From Candidatus Latescibacterota bacterium (GTDB lineage: Bacteria > Latescibacterota > UBA2968 > UBA8231), in assembly GCA_965205655.1 (NCBI GenBank), contig CBDBIJ010000029.1, forward strand, positions 1 to 64,000: a stretch of 64,000 nucleotides of DNA, in the 5' to 3' direction. A program made the translations under genes and the position numbers. Under the pieces are notes generated by a model. That model ran no database searches and was not told the DNA's origin. It saw nothing but the letters and a program-made list of their open reading frames with translations. Of this stretch, positions 28,406-37,248 are shown one piece after another (within the stretch, counting starts at the first letter, position 1; each line of letters opens with the position of its first letter).

Positions 28406-29632
28406 ATGATCAGTTCGGATTACATCAGCGGCCTGCTCGTGCGCGAAAGCGACACCAAGATCCTGCTCATGGTGTTGGACGGCCTGGGAGGACTGCCTCA
28501 TCCGCGGACGGGCAAATCGGAGCTGGAAACGGCGGCCCTGCCAAATCTCGACGCGCTGGCCGCCTGCGGCAGTCGCGGTCTTCTCTCGCCTCTCGGTCCG
28601 GGCTTCACGCCGGGGAGCGGGCCCGCACACCTCGCCCTGTTCGGATACGATCCGTGGCGCAGCACGATAGGTCGTGGTGCTCTGTCGGCACTCGGACTGG
28701 GAGTCGACTTCGGACCCGGCGACGTGGCGTCGCGGATCAACTTCTGCACTGTCGATGAGGCAGGTCGCGTAACGGACCGACGAGCCGGCCGCATTCCCAC
28801 AGAGAAATGCCGCGAGCTGTGCCGTATTCTCGAAGGCGTTCGCGTCCCCGCGGTACAGATCTCCATCACACCGGAGATGGAACACAGGGCCGTTGTCGTC
28901 TTTCGGAGTGAGGGGCTCGCAGACGGGGTCACCGACTCCGATCCGCTAATAACGGGCGTGGCTCCGAGGGCGCTGGAGATTCGACCGGCCGAGTCCAATC
29001 GCCCGGGGTCGGCCCGAACTGTGGAGGTGGCCGAGTCCTTTCTGAATCAGGCCGCAACCCTGCTTCGCGGCAAAACACCGGCCAACATGGTTCTCATTCG
29101 CGGTTTCGGACGCTATCCGCAACTGCCCCAGATGGGCGAGATCTACGGCCTGCGGGCCGCTGCGATCGCCGGGTATCCGATGTATCGCGGCGTCGCCCGC
29201 GCCGTGGGGATGGAGGCGGTGCCGTCCGATGCGGACCTGGCCTCGGAAATTGCCGCCCTGACGGCGTGCTGGAAGGATTTCGATTTCTTTTACGTCCACG
29301 TAAAAAAGACCGACAGCGCCGGCGAGGACGGAGACTTCGACGGCAAAGTTCGACTGCTTGAGGAGGTCGATGCGCACATCCCCGAAATCCGCGGCCTTGA
29401 GCCAGACGTCGTCGTCGTAACTGGAGATCACAGCACCCCGGCCATCATGGGGAGCCACAGCTGGCACCCAGTGCCGATCGTCATATCCAGTCGCTGGAGC
29501 CGGCGCGATCCCGAGCCCGCCGAATTCACCGAGAAGGGCTGCCTGACAGGCAGCATCGGCCAGATTCCCTCGACGTCACTCATGGCCCTGGCCCTGGCCC
29601 ACGCGCGCCGGTTGAATAAATTCGGGGCATAG
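28406..29632 (+). CDS. apgM: 2,3-bisphosphoglycerate-independent phosphoglycerate mutase (ApgM type)
   Basis: DGLGG, PGSGPAHLALFGYD, DRRAGRI, KKTDSAGEDG, TGDHSTP. Confidence 0.92.
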   Translation: MISSDYISGLLVRESDTKILLMVLDGLGGLPHPRTGKSELETAALPNLDALAACGSRGLLSPLGPGFTPGSGPAHLALFGYDPWRSTIGRGALSALGLGVDFGPGDVASRINFCTVDEAGRVTDRRAGRIPTEKCRELCRILEGVRVPAVQISITPEMEHRAVVVFRSEGLADGVTDSDPLITGVAPRALEIRPAESNRPGSARTVEVAESFLNQAATLLRGKTPANMVLIRGFGRYPQLPQMGEIYGLRAAAIAGYPMYRGVARAVGMEAVPSDADLASEIAALTACWKDFDFFYVHVKKTDSAGEDGDFDGKVRLLEEVDAHIPEIRGLEPDVVVVTGDHSTPAIMGSHSWHPVPIVISSRWSRRDPEPAEFTEKGCLTGSIGQIPSTSLMALALAHARRLNKFGA

Positions 29633-29663
29633 GTCGGTCTTTCATGAGAATCTCCTCAAAACA

Positions 29664-30512
29664 GTGATCCATCCACTCCGCATAGCCCATCGAGGGGCAT
29701 CCGGCCGCGGTCTGGCGCCGGAGAACACGCTCGCAGCCATCGAACGGGCCATTCAAACAGGCGTCGATGCTGTGGAGATCGACGTTCACGGAACGGCGGA
29801 TGGCGCCGTTGTCGTCATTCACGATTCGACGCTGGCCCGCACCACAGACTGTCAAGGCGCCGTGAGGGATTTGACTCTGGCCGAAATCCGCCGGGCGGAC
29901 GCGGGCAGCTGGTTCGACCCTTCCTTCGAAGGGGAGCGGGTTCCGACTCTCGAGGAGGTCCTCGATCTCGCCCGGCACCGAGCACTCGTACTGATCGAAG
30001 TAAAGTCGGACTATCTGGCCGAAAAGGTGCTGCAAATCATCGACAGCATGGACGCCGTCAGCCAGGTGATGGTCCAATCCTTCAATCCACAAACCGTGCA
30101 CCGCACGAAGCTTCTGAGCCCGGGCTTGCCCGCGGCACTCGTGGTGGGAAAGCTGCCGACCCAACCGTCTCGCGTGCGCGCCCGAAAGATGGTGCGAGAG
30201 CTGCTCGAGGTCGGCGCCAACGCCCTGTCGATCTGGCACACGGTACTGACGCCGCAATTCTTCGAGGAGATGCGCCGGCGCGGGGTCTCGGTATGGACAT
30301 GGACCGTCGACGACCAGATCGTCATGCGGGACCTCGTCCACATGGGCGTACAGGGAATCGTCACGAACTATCCGAACCGTCTCAACGAGACCCTGGGGGA
30401 GCTGGAGGCCGAGGGGTTGATCCAGGTTCCAATCGGTCGCCGGCAGCGTTTGAAAAAAAGTCGGTGGAGTCGCCGCCATCGCCTGAAAAAGCTCAAGAGG
30501 CGAACGGCCTGA
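29664..30512 (+). CDS. Glycerophosphodiester phosphodiesterase family
   Basis: AHRGAS, APENTL, EIDV, HD, IEVK, WTVD, TNYP. Confidence 0.92.
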   Translation: MIHPLRIAHRGASGRGLAPENTLAAIERAIQTGVDAVEIDVHGTADGAVVVIHDSTLARTTDCQGAVRDLTLAEIRRADAGSWFDPSFEGERVPTLEEVLDLARHRALVLIEVKSDYLAEKVLQIIDSMDAVSQVMVQSFNPQTVHRTKLLSPGLPAALVVGKLPTQPSRVRARKMVRELLEVGANALSIWHTVLTPQFFEEMRRRGVSVWTWTVDDQIVMRDLVHMGVQGIVTNYPNRLNETLGELEAEGLIQVPIGRRQRLKKSRWSRRHRLKKLKRRTA

Positions 30513-30640
30513 ACCGATCATTCCGGTTCGACAGATCAACTCGCCGGACCACCTTGACCACCTTCCTCAGACAGGCGTATATTGCGTAGAGACAAGAAGA
30601 TACATCATCCAACCCCCGGTGAATTCGGACTCTGCCAGGC

Positions 30641-31096
30641 ATGAACGACGTCGAGCTGTTGCAGCACTCGCCCCTGCTGGCTGGACTGACCCCGGATGAG
30701 GCGAAAGCGCTTCTCGAAATCGCCGAAGCCCGCACCTACTCGCCCGACGAGGTTCTCGTCGAAGAGGGAGCCGCGAGTGACTGCCTCTTCATCCTCAAGA
30801 CGGGCTTGCTGAAAGTGGAGCGGCGGCAGGCCTCCTCGAGAGTCGAGCTGGCGTCGTTCGAGAATCCGGGTGATTTCTTCGGCGAGATGTCGTTGGTCGA
30901 TATACTACCGAGATCGGCTGATATCCGCGCCGTCGAAACCGCCGAGGTTCTCGCCTTCCCCAAGAAGGAACTGACGAGCTTCTTTACCCAGTCGCCTCGG
31001 GTTCAGATGACGATGATTCTGAATATTTCCCGCAATCTCTCTCTGCGCCTGAGAGAGGCCGACACCCGCATAGTCGAGCTCGCGAGCGCAGGATAG
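30641..31096 (+). CDS. Stand-alone cyclic nucleotide-binding domain protein
   Basis: GDFFGEMSL..PRSA phosphate-binding cassette; no HTH. Confidence 0.88.
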   Translation: MNDVELLQHSPLLAGLTPDEAKALLEIAEARTYSPDEVLVEEGAASDCLFILKTGLLKVERRQASSRVELASFENPGDFFGEMSLVDILPRSADIRAVETAEVLAFPKKELTSFFTQSPRVQMTMILNISRNLSLRLREADTRIVELASAG

Positions 31097-31111
31097 ATCG
31101 AGCAACAGGGA

Positions 31112-31564
31112 ATGGCACAGCCTGATCGCGGCTTCTTGAAGGAGTCGCCACTGTTCGAGAATCTCGGTGAAGGGGAGATCAGCCGACTCGTCGAGATGGC
31201 GCAGATCAGGGAGTTCGACAGCGGCGGCACCATCGTGGAAGAGGGGACAACTGGAGATTCCATTTTTCTCCTGTACGACGGCTCGGTGTCGATTGGCATG
31301 AGCGACAACTCGGGCGGGCAGATTTCACTGGCTTCCTTGGACACACGCGGCGCCTTCTTTGGAGAGATCGGAGTGATCGATCCCGGGCCGCGGTCAGCGA
31401 CAGTGAAGGCCGAGTCTCATGCCGTCCTCCTCGAACTGACCGTGGCCGGCCTGGAAGACTTCTTCGGCGAGCACTCTGACGCCGAAGCAGTCGTCATGAG
31501 GAACATTGCCCGGGTGCTGGCTCAACGGCTCCGCGGCTCAAACCTACTGATGGCCTCGCGGTAG
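31112..31564 (+). CDS. Stand-alone cyclic nucleotide-binding domain protein
   Basis: FFGEIGV..PRSATV; no HTH. Confidence 0.88.
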   Translation: MAQPDRGFLKESPLFENLGEGEISRLVEMAQIREFDSGGTIVEEGTTGDSIFLLYDGSVSIGMSDNSGGQISLASLDTRGAFFGEIGVIDPGPRSATVKAESHAVLLELTVAGLEDFFGEHSDAEAVVMRNIARVLAQRLRGSNLLMASR

Positions 31565-31591
31565 CTGTCGGTACTTCGACGCCTCATTGCC

Positions 31592-31807
31592 TTGACCAAG
31601 AGACGGATGACCATATCACTCCTTTTCGCAGCTGTGTTGATTGTCGTTCTGGTCGCGAAATACGCGCTGCCGAAGCGTGAGCGCTGCCCGCAGTGCTTGG
31701 CGCGGCGCGACCCCGATCATCCGCTATGCCGTGACTGTGGCTGGATCTACGATGTGCCCGGCGAGGAAGACGACGATTACGGCGAGCTCGAAAAAGTAGC
31801 CCCCTGA
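31592..31807 (+). CDS. Small membrane-anchored zinc-ribbon protein
   Basis: TM segment then CPQC...CRDC. Confidence 0.55.
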   Translation: MTKRRMTISLLFAAVLIVVLVAKYALPKRERCPQCLARRDPDHPLCRDCGWIYDVPGEEDDDYGELEKVAP

Positions 31808-31827
31808 GCGGGTCGTTTCCGCAGCGC

Positions 31828-32118
31828 ATGGAATGGGTCATCGCACTTCTTGGAGTCGGCTGCGTGTTCTTTGCGGCTCAGGTGGTCGTCGACTTCATCA
31901 AGTACCGAAAAGCCATCGAGCCGAAAATGGCGCACCTGGAGGAGGCAAAAACGGAGCTTCGATCGAAGATTGCGACCACCGAGGCGGAGCTCGAGAAGAC
32001 CCGCGGCGAGCTCGAGCCGTCGAAAGCGGACGTCGACCGCCTGGAGAGGGAGTACGACGAAGTCCAGCGCGAGGTCGATGAGGAGGCAGCAAAGCAGCGA
32101 CCGCCCGATCAATCGTAG
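31828..32118 (+). CDS. Small TM + coiled-coil protein
   Basis: N-terminal hydrophobic helix, heptad-rich charged tail. Confidence 0.6.
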   Translation: MEWVIALLGVGCVFFAAQVVVDFIKYRKAIEPKMAHLEEAKTELRSKIATTEAELEKTRGELEPSKADVDRLEREYDEVQREVDEEAAKQRPPDQS

Positions 32119-32136
32119 CGCGGCAGATGAATTAGC

Positions 32137-32165
32137 TTGACAAGCAGTTTAAGAGGTTTTACTTT
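32137..32165 (+). promoter_or_regulatory. Putative strong sigma70 promoter of the lipoprotein gene
   Basis: TTGACA-N17-TACTTT in an AT-rich stretch. Confidence 0.65.
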
Positions 32166-32219
32166 GTTTTTATTCTATTTAGGGCTATTCTTCGCACCAG
32201 AAATTTTGGAGGTCAGGAC

Positions 32220-32846
32220 ATGAAAGGTCGGTTCATGCCCCTCGTCGGCGGGCTGCTGAGCGTCGCCCTTCTCGCATGCGGAGGCGATCCACCCAAGGCT
32301 TCATTGGATGCGGCTGGCAAGGCGTTGCAGGATGCGAAAGCGGCAGGGGCTGAGAAGTATGCCGCGAGCCAGCTGTCGGCGGCTCAGGGCGTCTACGACA
32401 AGGCCGAAGGTGCATACAACGCCGAGCTGGACAACTTTTTCAAGAGCTGGGATCAAGTAGTGCCTCTCTTAAACGAGGCGAAGAGCAAGGCTGACCAGGC
32501 GAGGTCTGCCGCCACGCAGGCGAAGTCCAGGGCCAAGAGTGGCGCCGAGTCAGCCATCGCCGCGGCCTCGGGTTCGATCGACGGTGCCCGTGGCAGCCTC
32601 GATGCCGCCCCCGCGGGGAAGGGCACGCAGGGAGATATCGATCAGTTGCGCTCCGATATAGGCGGCGCCGCGGCCGATCTTGGTGGCGCCAAATCTGCAG
32701 CGGCCCGCGAGGATTACGAAGGGGCGACTTCAAAGGCGAACAACGCCAAGTCGGCCGCTGACAGGGTTTCTGACGGTGTCGCCGCGGCAGTAGCCGCCTA
32801 CAGCGAACTGGTGGAGAAGAACACGCCCTGGTACATGAAGATGTAA
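32220..32846 (+). CDS. Alanine-rich helical lipoprotein (DUF4398-like repeats)
   Basis: Lipobox LLAC; PP..LDAA..AL.DAKAAGAEKYA..L..A pattern. Confidence 0.75.
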   Translation: MKGRFMPLVGGLLSVALLACGGDPPKASLDAAGKALQDAKAAGAEKYAASQLSAAQGVYDKAEGAYNAELDNFFKSWDQVVPLLNEAKSKADQARSAATQAKSRAKSGAESAIAAASGSIDGARGSLDAAPAGKGTQGDIDQLRSDIGGAAADLGGAKSAAAREDYEGATSKANNAKSAADRVSDGVAAAVAAYSELVEKNTPWYMKM

Positions 32847-32908
32847 TACGACCTCCCATCGGGGAGCGAGGGGCGGCCTGATGGCCGAAGCCCTCGAAAA
32901 GAAAGATC

Positions 32909-32945
32909 GCGGCCGGTGAAGGGGAACCCTTCCCGGCCGTTTTTT
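32909..32945 (+). terminator. Intrinsic terminator
   Basis: CGGCCGG...CCGGCCG stem followed by TTTTTT. Confidence 0.75.
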
Positions 32946-32958
32946 CGTAGCAACGACT

Positions 32959-33558
32959 ATGGAAACGCACTTGTGCCAGGTAGCACGAGCCACGTCGTGC
33001 CTGCTCCTGACGGCTTCATCGTTCGTCTCGGCTGGAAGTGACGATCTGCGAGCGCTGAAATCGGAGCGAGATCAACTCCTGGAGCGATTGAAGCGGGCCG
33101 AGCAAGAGACGCCCTACATCGTTATCGATACCCGGGACAACGAGTTGATCCTCAGGGATGCCGATCACCGCACCCTGCGCAACGCCGTGTGCGCCACCGG
33201 GGCTGCGCGCAAACTCGAGGGGCCGAAGACCTGGAAGCACAAGTGGGAGTTCTCCACTCCCACCGGCCGATTTTCGCTGCTGCGCAAGGTAGCCGACCCC
33301 ATATGGACGAAGCCAGAGTGGTTCTTCGTGGAGGCAAGCGAGGAGATCCCCATCTTCGCGGAGGACCCTCGGCGGTTTCAACGGGGAGTCCTCGGTGAAT
33401 ACGCTCTCTACTTCGCCAAGGACTACATGATTCACGGCACTCTCTACGAGATCAACCTTGGCAAGAGCATCACTCACGGCTGCGTCAGAGTGAGCTCGTC
33501 CGATCTCACCTACCTCTACCGCGAAGTGGATGTAGGCTGGCCGGTCTATATCTACTAG
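32959..33558 (+). CDS. L,D-transpeptidase (YkuD family)
   Basis: TPTGRF, PIWTKPEW, YMIHGT...THGCVRV catalytic motif. Confidence 0.92.
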   Translation: METHLCQVARATSCLLLTASSFVSAGSDDLRALKSERDQLLERLKRAEQETPYIVIDTRDNELILRDADHRTLRNAVCATGAARKLEGPKTWKHKWEFSTPTGRFSLLRKVADPIWTKPEWFFVEASEEIPIFAEDPRRFQRGVLGEYALYFAKDYMIHGTLYEINLGKSITHGCVRVSSSDLTYLYREVDVGWPVYIY

Positions 33559-33562
33559 TGCC

Positions 33563-33742
33563 ATGCTGGCCCTATGGCTGGAAGACGCGGATCTGAGTCT
33601 CCTTCATCTGCCGGTACCGACACCACCTGAAAACGAGGCGCTGATTTACGAGCGCTACCCTCTTGGGCGCGCTCTGGAAGCCTTTTCAAAGGCGGCGGAG
33701 CCGGGAGCTCTCAAGGTTCTGCTCGATGTCGAGACGGAGTAG
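33563..33742 (+). pseudogene. 59-aa internally deleted remnant of a zinc-dependent (MDR) alcohol dehydrogenase
   Basis: MLALWLEDADLSLLHLPVPTPPENEALI (MDR-like N-terminus) fused to YERYPLGRALEAFSKAAEPGALKVLL (MDR-like C-terminus). Confidence 0.6.
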
Positions 33743-33748
33743 GCGGAC

Positions 33749-34354
33749 GTGAGAATGGCACTCGCTACAAATCGACTGCTGCGGCTGCTCCTGTGGACCG
33801 TGTCGGCCGGCGCCATAGAGATGGCAGACCCCGCTCCGGCAGCGGGCGCCCAGGTCGCAACCGGCGTTGACGACGAGCTTCGGCGCGCCGGGCTGAAACG
33901 CATCAACGCGGCACTCAAAGTGTGGCTGCAGGCGATCGAGACTGAGTCGCCGTACCTTCTCCTCGACCGTGAAGAGGGTGTCCTGCATCTGCAGCAGGGC
34001 CGCGCCGTGCTACGCACCTGTCCGACTCTGCGCGATTCCGCGGGTCGAGCCCCGCCGGTTCGTCAGCTCCTCTCTCGTCATCTGCGGAGATACCGGCGCA
34101 GCCACCCCTACTCGCCGCCGCAGCCTGGACCGTTTGACTGGGAGTACTATCTGGTAGGGGAGGCGACAGTGGAGTGCGCCATTGCCTTCTCAGACGGTCT
34201 ACTGTTGCACGCGTCGGATCTGTGGAGAGAGACCAAGGCTCCGTTCGTCGAGATCGAGCCTGACGACGCCCGGGCGCTCTACAACGCGTTGAAACCGGAC
34301 ACCCCCCTCATCATTCTCCCGGCGGGCTGGCACGGGACTGGCGCGGCTCGATGA
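33749..34354 (+). CDS. Secreted YkuD-fold-like protein lacking the catalytic Cys
   Basis: PYLLLDREEG.L.L, LLLHAS, FVEIEPDDARALYNALKPDTPLII parallels the neighbouring LDT but has no HGC. Confidence 0.55.
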   Translation: MRMALATNRLLRLLLWTVSAGAIEMADPAPAAGAQVATGVDDELRRAGLKRINAALKVWLQAIETESPYLLLDREEGVLHLQQGRAVLRTCPTLRDSAGRAPPVRQLLSRHLRRYRRSHPYSPPQPGPFDWEYYLVGEATVECAIAFSDGLLLHASDLWRETKAPFVEIEPDDARALYNALKPDTPLIILPAGWHGTGAAR

Positions 34355-35697
34355 CGCAGTTGCGCGCAGGTTGGGCTGCTGCCGACATCACTCCCCACGT
34401 GGGCATTCACATGGGGGGGTACCTCGGCCGGACATCGGGCGCGACGGAGGTATCCGATCCGCTTGCGGCGCGGGCCCTCGTGTTTGCCGGGGACGTCGAC
34501 ACGATGGCGCTGCTGACCCTCGACCTCGTGGGACTGGACGCCGGCGACGTCGATAAGATCAGGCAGCGAGTGAGGGAGCAGTCGGGCATCCGGCCCGACG
34601 CTATCATGGTATGCTGCTCCCACACGCACGCCGGCCCTCTCAGCTTTCCATACCGCGGCATGGGTGAGATCGATGAGGCGTATCTCGAAAAGGTGAGAAG
34701 GATGGCAGCGACCGTCGTCGGTGACGCCGTTCGAAGGTTGCGGCCCGCCGCCGTGAGCTACGGCAAGGTGGCGGTCAGAATAGGGGTGAACCGTCGTGAG
34801 GACCTGAACGGGCGCGTCGTGATAGGGCGCAATCCGAGTGGGCCGGTGGCCGACCACGCCCACGTGGTCCGGGTTGAGTGCGACGACGGCGTCTGCATTC
34901 TCTTCAGCCACGCCTGTCACCCGAACGTGCTGGGCCCTGGCAATTGCGCCATAAGCGCCGATTTCGTCGGCGCGGCAATCGAGTATGTGGAGAGCCGGAC
35001 AGGGGCCATGGCGATGTTCGCAAACGGTGCGTGCGGCGATGTCAACCCCAGAATCAAGGGGGTCCGGGAAGGCGTGACCGAACTCGGCGCCGAGCTGGGC
35101 GCGGCGGTCGTGGCGGGTGCGCGAGAGGCTTGCCCGCTGATCGGTTGCGAACGACTGTCCTTTCGCAGTTCCATCCTGGATCTGCCGCTGATCGATCCAC
35201 CTCCGAGGGCACACACTGCGGCCGAGAAGCTGGTGCTGAAACTGCGGATGGGGCTGATGAAACTCGGTCGCGGAGATTACTGGTCGCAGCTGGCACTTCG
35301 GGGCCAGCTCGGGTGGGCCGAGCAGATGCTGGCCCTCGTTCACTCAGGCGGCGAGCGCACGCAACGTTTCGAAGTCCAGGGCCTCAAGCTCGGTTCAATG
35401 GTACTGCTGGGCATGGAGGGGGAGATGTTCGCGCGTTTCCAGCTCGAACTCGAAGGCGCCGCGCCCACACAGCCGACCATCCTGTGCGGCTACGCCAACG
35501 GCTGCATCGGCTACGTGCCGACGGCGGATGAATACGTCCGTGGCGGCTACGAGGTGGGCGCCGGCAACTACAACTTTCGGATCAACGCAGGTGTGGAGGC
35601 GTACCGCATCTACCCGAGCGTGCAGATGATCGCTCCGGAGAGCGAGCAGGTTATCGTAGAGGGGGCGCGATCGCTGCTGACCGCACTCTGTCGCTGA
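34351..35697 (+). CDS. Neutral/alkaline ceramidase-like amidohydrolase
   Basis: DITP..G..MGGY, DPL.ARAL, SHTHAGP, NRR, ACHP, ISADF, NGACGDVNP, GYVPT...GGYE. Confidence 0.85.
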   Translation: MTQLRAGWAAADITPHVGIHMGGYLGRTSGATEVSDPLAARALVFAGDVDTMALLTLDLVGLDAGDVDKIRQRVREQSGIRPDAIMVCCSHTHAGPLSFPYRGMGEIDEAYLEKVRRMAATVVGDAVRRLRPAAVSYGKVAVRIGVNRREDLNGRVVIGRNPSGPVADHAHVVRVECDDGVCILFSHACHPNVLGPGNCAISADFVGAAIEYVESRTGAMAMFANGACGDVNPRIKGVREGVTELGAELGAAVVAGAREACPLIGCERLSFRSSILDLPLIDPPPRAHTAAEKLVLKLRMGLMKLGRGDYWSQLALRGQLGWAEQMLALVHSGGERTQRFEVQGLKLGSMVLLGMEGEMFARFQLELEGAAPTQPTILCGYANGCIGYVPTADEYVRGGYEVGAGNYNFRINAGVEAYRIYPSVQMIAPESEQVIVEGARSLLTALCR

Positions 35698-35757
35698 GAC
35701 GGTCATGAGCCAGGCGCTTGCGAGCCGGCGCTCTGCCAGCGGGCATTCCGTCACTTC

Positions 35758-35934
35758 TCAATGAGCGTCAAAGAAGCGGGAGTCAGTACCGCCGGGGCCG
35801 ATCTTGACCTCGACGCGCTTGCCACAACTCGGGCAGCCGCCGGTATACGCGGTCTTTTCGCGGTTCATGTAGGCACGCGCGTAGACGTTGCAACACTTGT
35901 AGTGGACGCCGAGAAACTTTCGCTTTTTTTCCAC
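35758..35934 (-). CDS. Small Cys-rich (putative metal-binding) conserved hypothetical protein
   Basis: FLGVHYKCCNVYAR...Y.G.CPSCG...GT..RFF; upstream TTGACG-N17-TATATA. Confidence 0.7.
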   Translation of the reverse strand: MEKKRKFLGVHYKCCNVYARAYMNREKTAYTGGCPSCGKRVEVKIGPGGTDSRFFDAH

Positions 35935-36076
35935 ATCTCCCTCTGTTCCATATATAGTCGCGGCCATTTTGAGCGTCAAGCGAGCGAGCGGATGCCCAGC
36001 AGACCGCAGAATCTTTTTGCCAAGACCATCGGCTTTTGGCATTATTTGGAAAAGAACACCCCAACAGAAGGTGAGC

Positions 36077-36835
36077 ATGTCCGAGCCTAGACAAGAGTCC
36101 AACCTACCCTCCGGCGCCCTTGCGGTCGATACCGCCGACGTTTCCAAGATTCCCGGACTGGCTTCAGAGCTGGAGGAGATGTACGAGCAGGTGCCATCCA
36201 CCTGCTGCGCCAATTCCGGGGAGTGCTGCGTCCTCACAGAGAAGGAAATCGAGGAGGGATACGCCACCATGTTCCCTCTGTATCGAGCCGAGTACGTCAA
36301 CATCGTCGACTACGTGCGCGCCAACTTCTCACAGGAGCGCCAACAACACCTTCTCAGTCTCACTTCCGAGCGGCCGCAGCGATGTCCCTTTCTCGCTCGT
36401 GACAATCGCTGCACCATCTATCCCGTGCGTCCGCTCATCTGCCGCACCTACGCCGTGATGAACGAGAACACTATCGCAGAGGCGGCCCAACGCCACAAAG
36501 GCGAGGTCCCCGAGCACTGGATCCGCAGCTTCGCGATGAGGGAGGGCAACATGGTTTGCCCGCGGGTAACCGTGTTGCAGCCGGAGAAACTCGTGCGCCA
36601 CGCCCACAACCTGCTGACGCTGACCTATGAGCGAACACTCACGAGGCTGAGCCGCAAAGTCGAACTGGCGACAGGCAACCGCAAAAAGCTCATCCGCGAC
36701 ACCATACGGCGGCGCTCCTGGCCCGTACGCTGGACCTGGGGAGGGTTCAATGCGCTCCGCTTTGCGCCGATCGATTGGCTGCAATCGACTCTGAAGTCGT
36801 ACTGGCAGCGCGCCGAGCTGAGTGAGGCCGACTGA
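36077..36835 (+). CDS. YkgJ-family cysteine-cluster (zinc/iron-chelating) protein
   Basis: CCANSGECC, CPFL, CTIYPVRPLICRTY. Confidence 0.85.
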   Translation: MSEPRQESNLPSGALAVDTADVSKIPGLASELEEMYEQVPSTCCANSGECCVLTEKEIEEGYATMFPLYRAEYVNIVDYVRANFSQERQQHLLSLTSERPQRCPFLARDNRCTIYPVRPLICRTYAVMNENTIAEAAQRHKGEVPEHWIRSFAMREGNMVCPRVTVLQPEKLVRHAHNLLTLTYERTLTRLSRKVELATGNRKKLIRDTIRRRSWPVRWTWGGFNALRFAPIDWLQSTLKSYWQRAELSEAD

Positions 36836-36849
36836 TTTCCCCCACCGCC

Positions 36850-37218
36850 ATGCAAAATATCCCGGTAGGTCAGGCGAGCATCGGCGATGTGATCGCCGAG
36901 CCCATCGTCAACGACGAGGGTCGCGTGTTGCTGCCGAAGGGCGCGAAGCTGTCGGCAGCCGTCCTGTCCAGACTTCAGGGGTGGGGGGTCCATCAGCTCA
37001 AAGTCGAGGGCGAGGAGGTCGTGGGCGAGGAGGTCGTGGGCGAGGAGGTCGTGGGCGAGGAGGTCGTGGGCGAGGAGGTCGTGGGCGAGGAGGGGGAGGC
37101 GACGGATTCTGCCGACCTGCTGGAAGAGCTCGAGCACCGCTTCGGCGACTGGGAGGGTGACGAGCTGATGATGGAGATCAAACGAATCGCCCAGGGTCAC
37201 CTGCGGCGACGAAGGTGA
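36850..37218 (+). CDS. Small HDOD-associated protein with GEEVV repeats
   Basis: GDVIAEPIVNDEGRVLLPKGAKL resembles the N-terminal module of HD-GYP/HDOD loci. Confidence 0.7.
   Translation: MQNIPVGQASIGDVIAEPIVNDEGRVLLPKGAKLSAAVLSRLQGWGVHQLKVEGEEVVGEEVVGEEVVGEEVVGEEVVGEEGEATDSADLLEELEHRFGDWEGDELMMEIKRIAQGHLRRRR
37008..37093 (+). repeat. 15-bp in-frame tandem repeat (GGGCGAGGAGGTCGT x5 plus a partial copy)
   Basis: Exact tandem copies encoding GEEVV. Confidence 0.92.
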
Positions 37219-37248
37219 GAGAGGAGTGGAAGGGGGGAGGCAATCCAC

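Noticed and set aside
32870..32900. Hammerhead ribozyme (CTGATG...GAAA)
   Set aside because: Core reads CTGATGG rather than CUGANGA, and the stem arrangement does not fit
37008..37093. Repeat array as CRISPR
   Set aside because: Contiguous 15-bp units with no spacers, in frame within a CDS, and no cas genes
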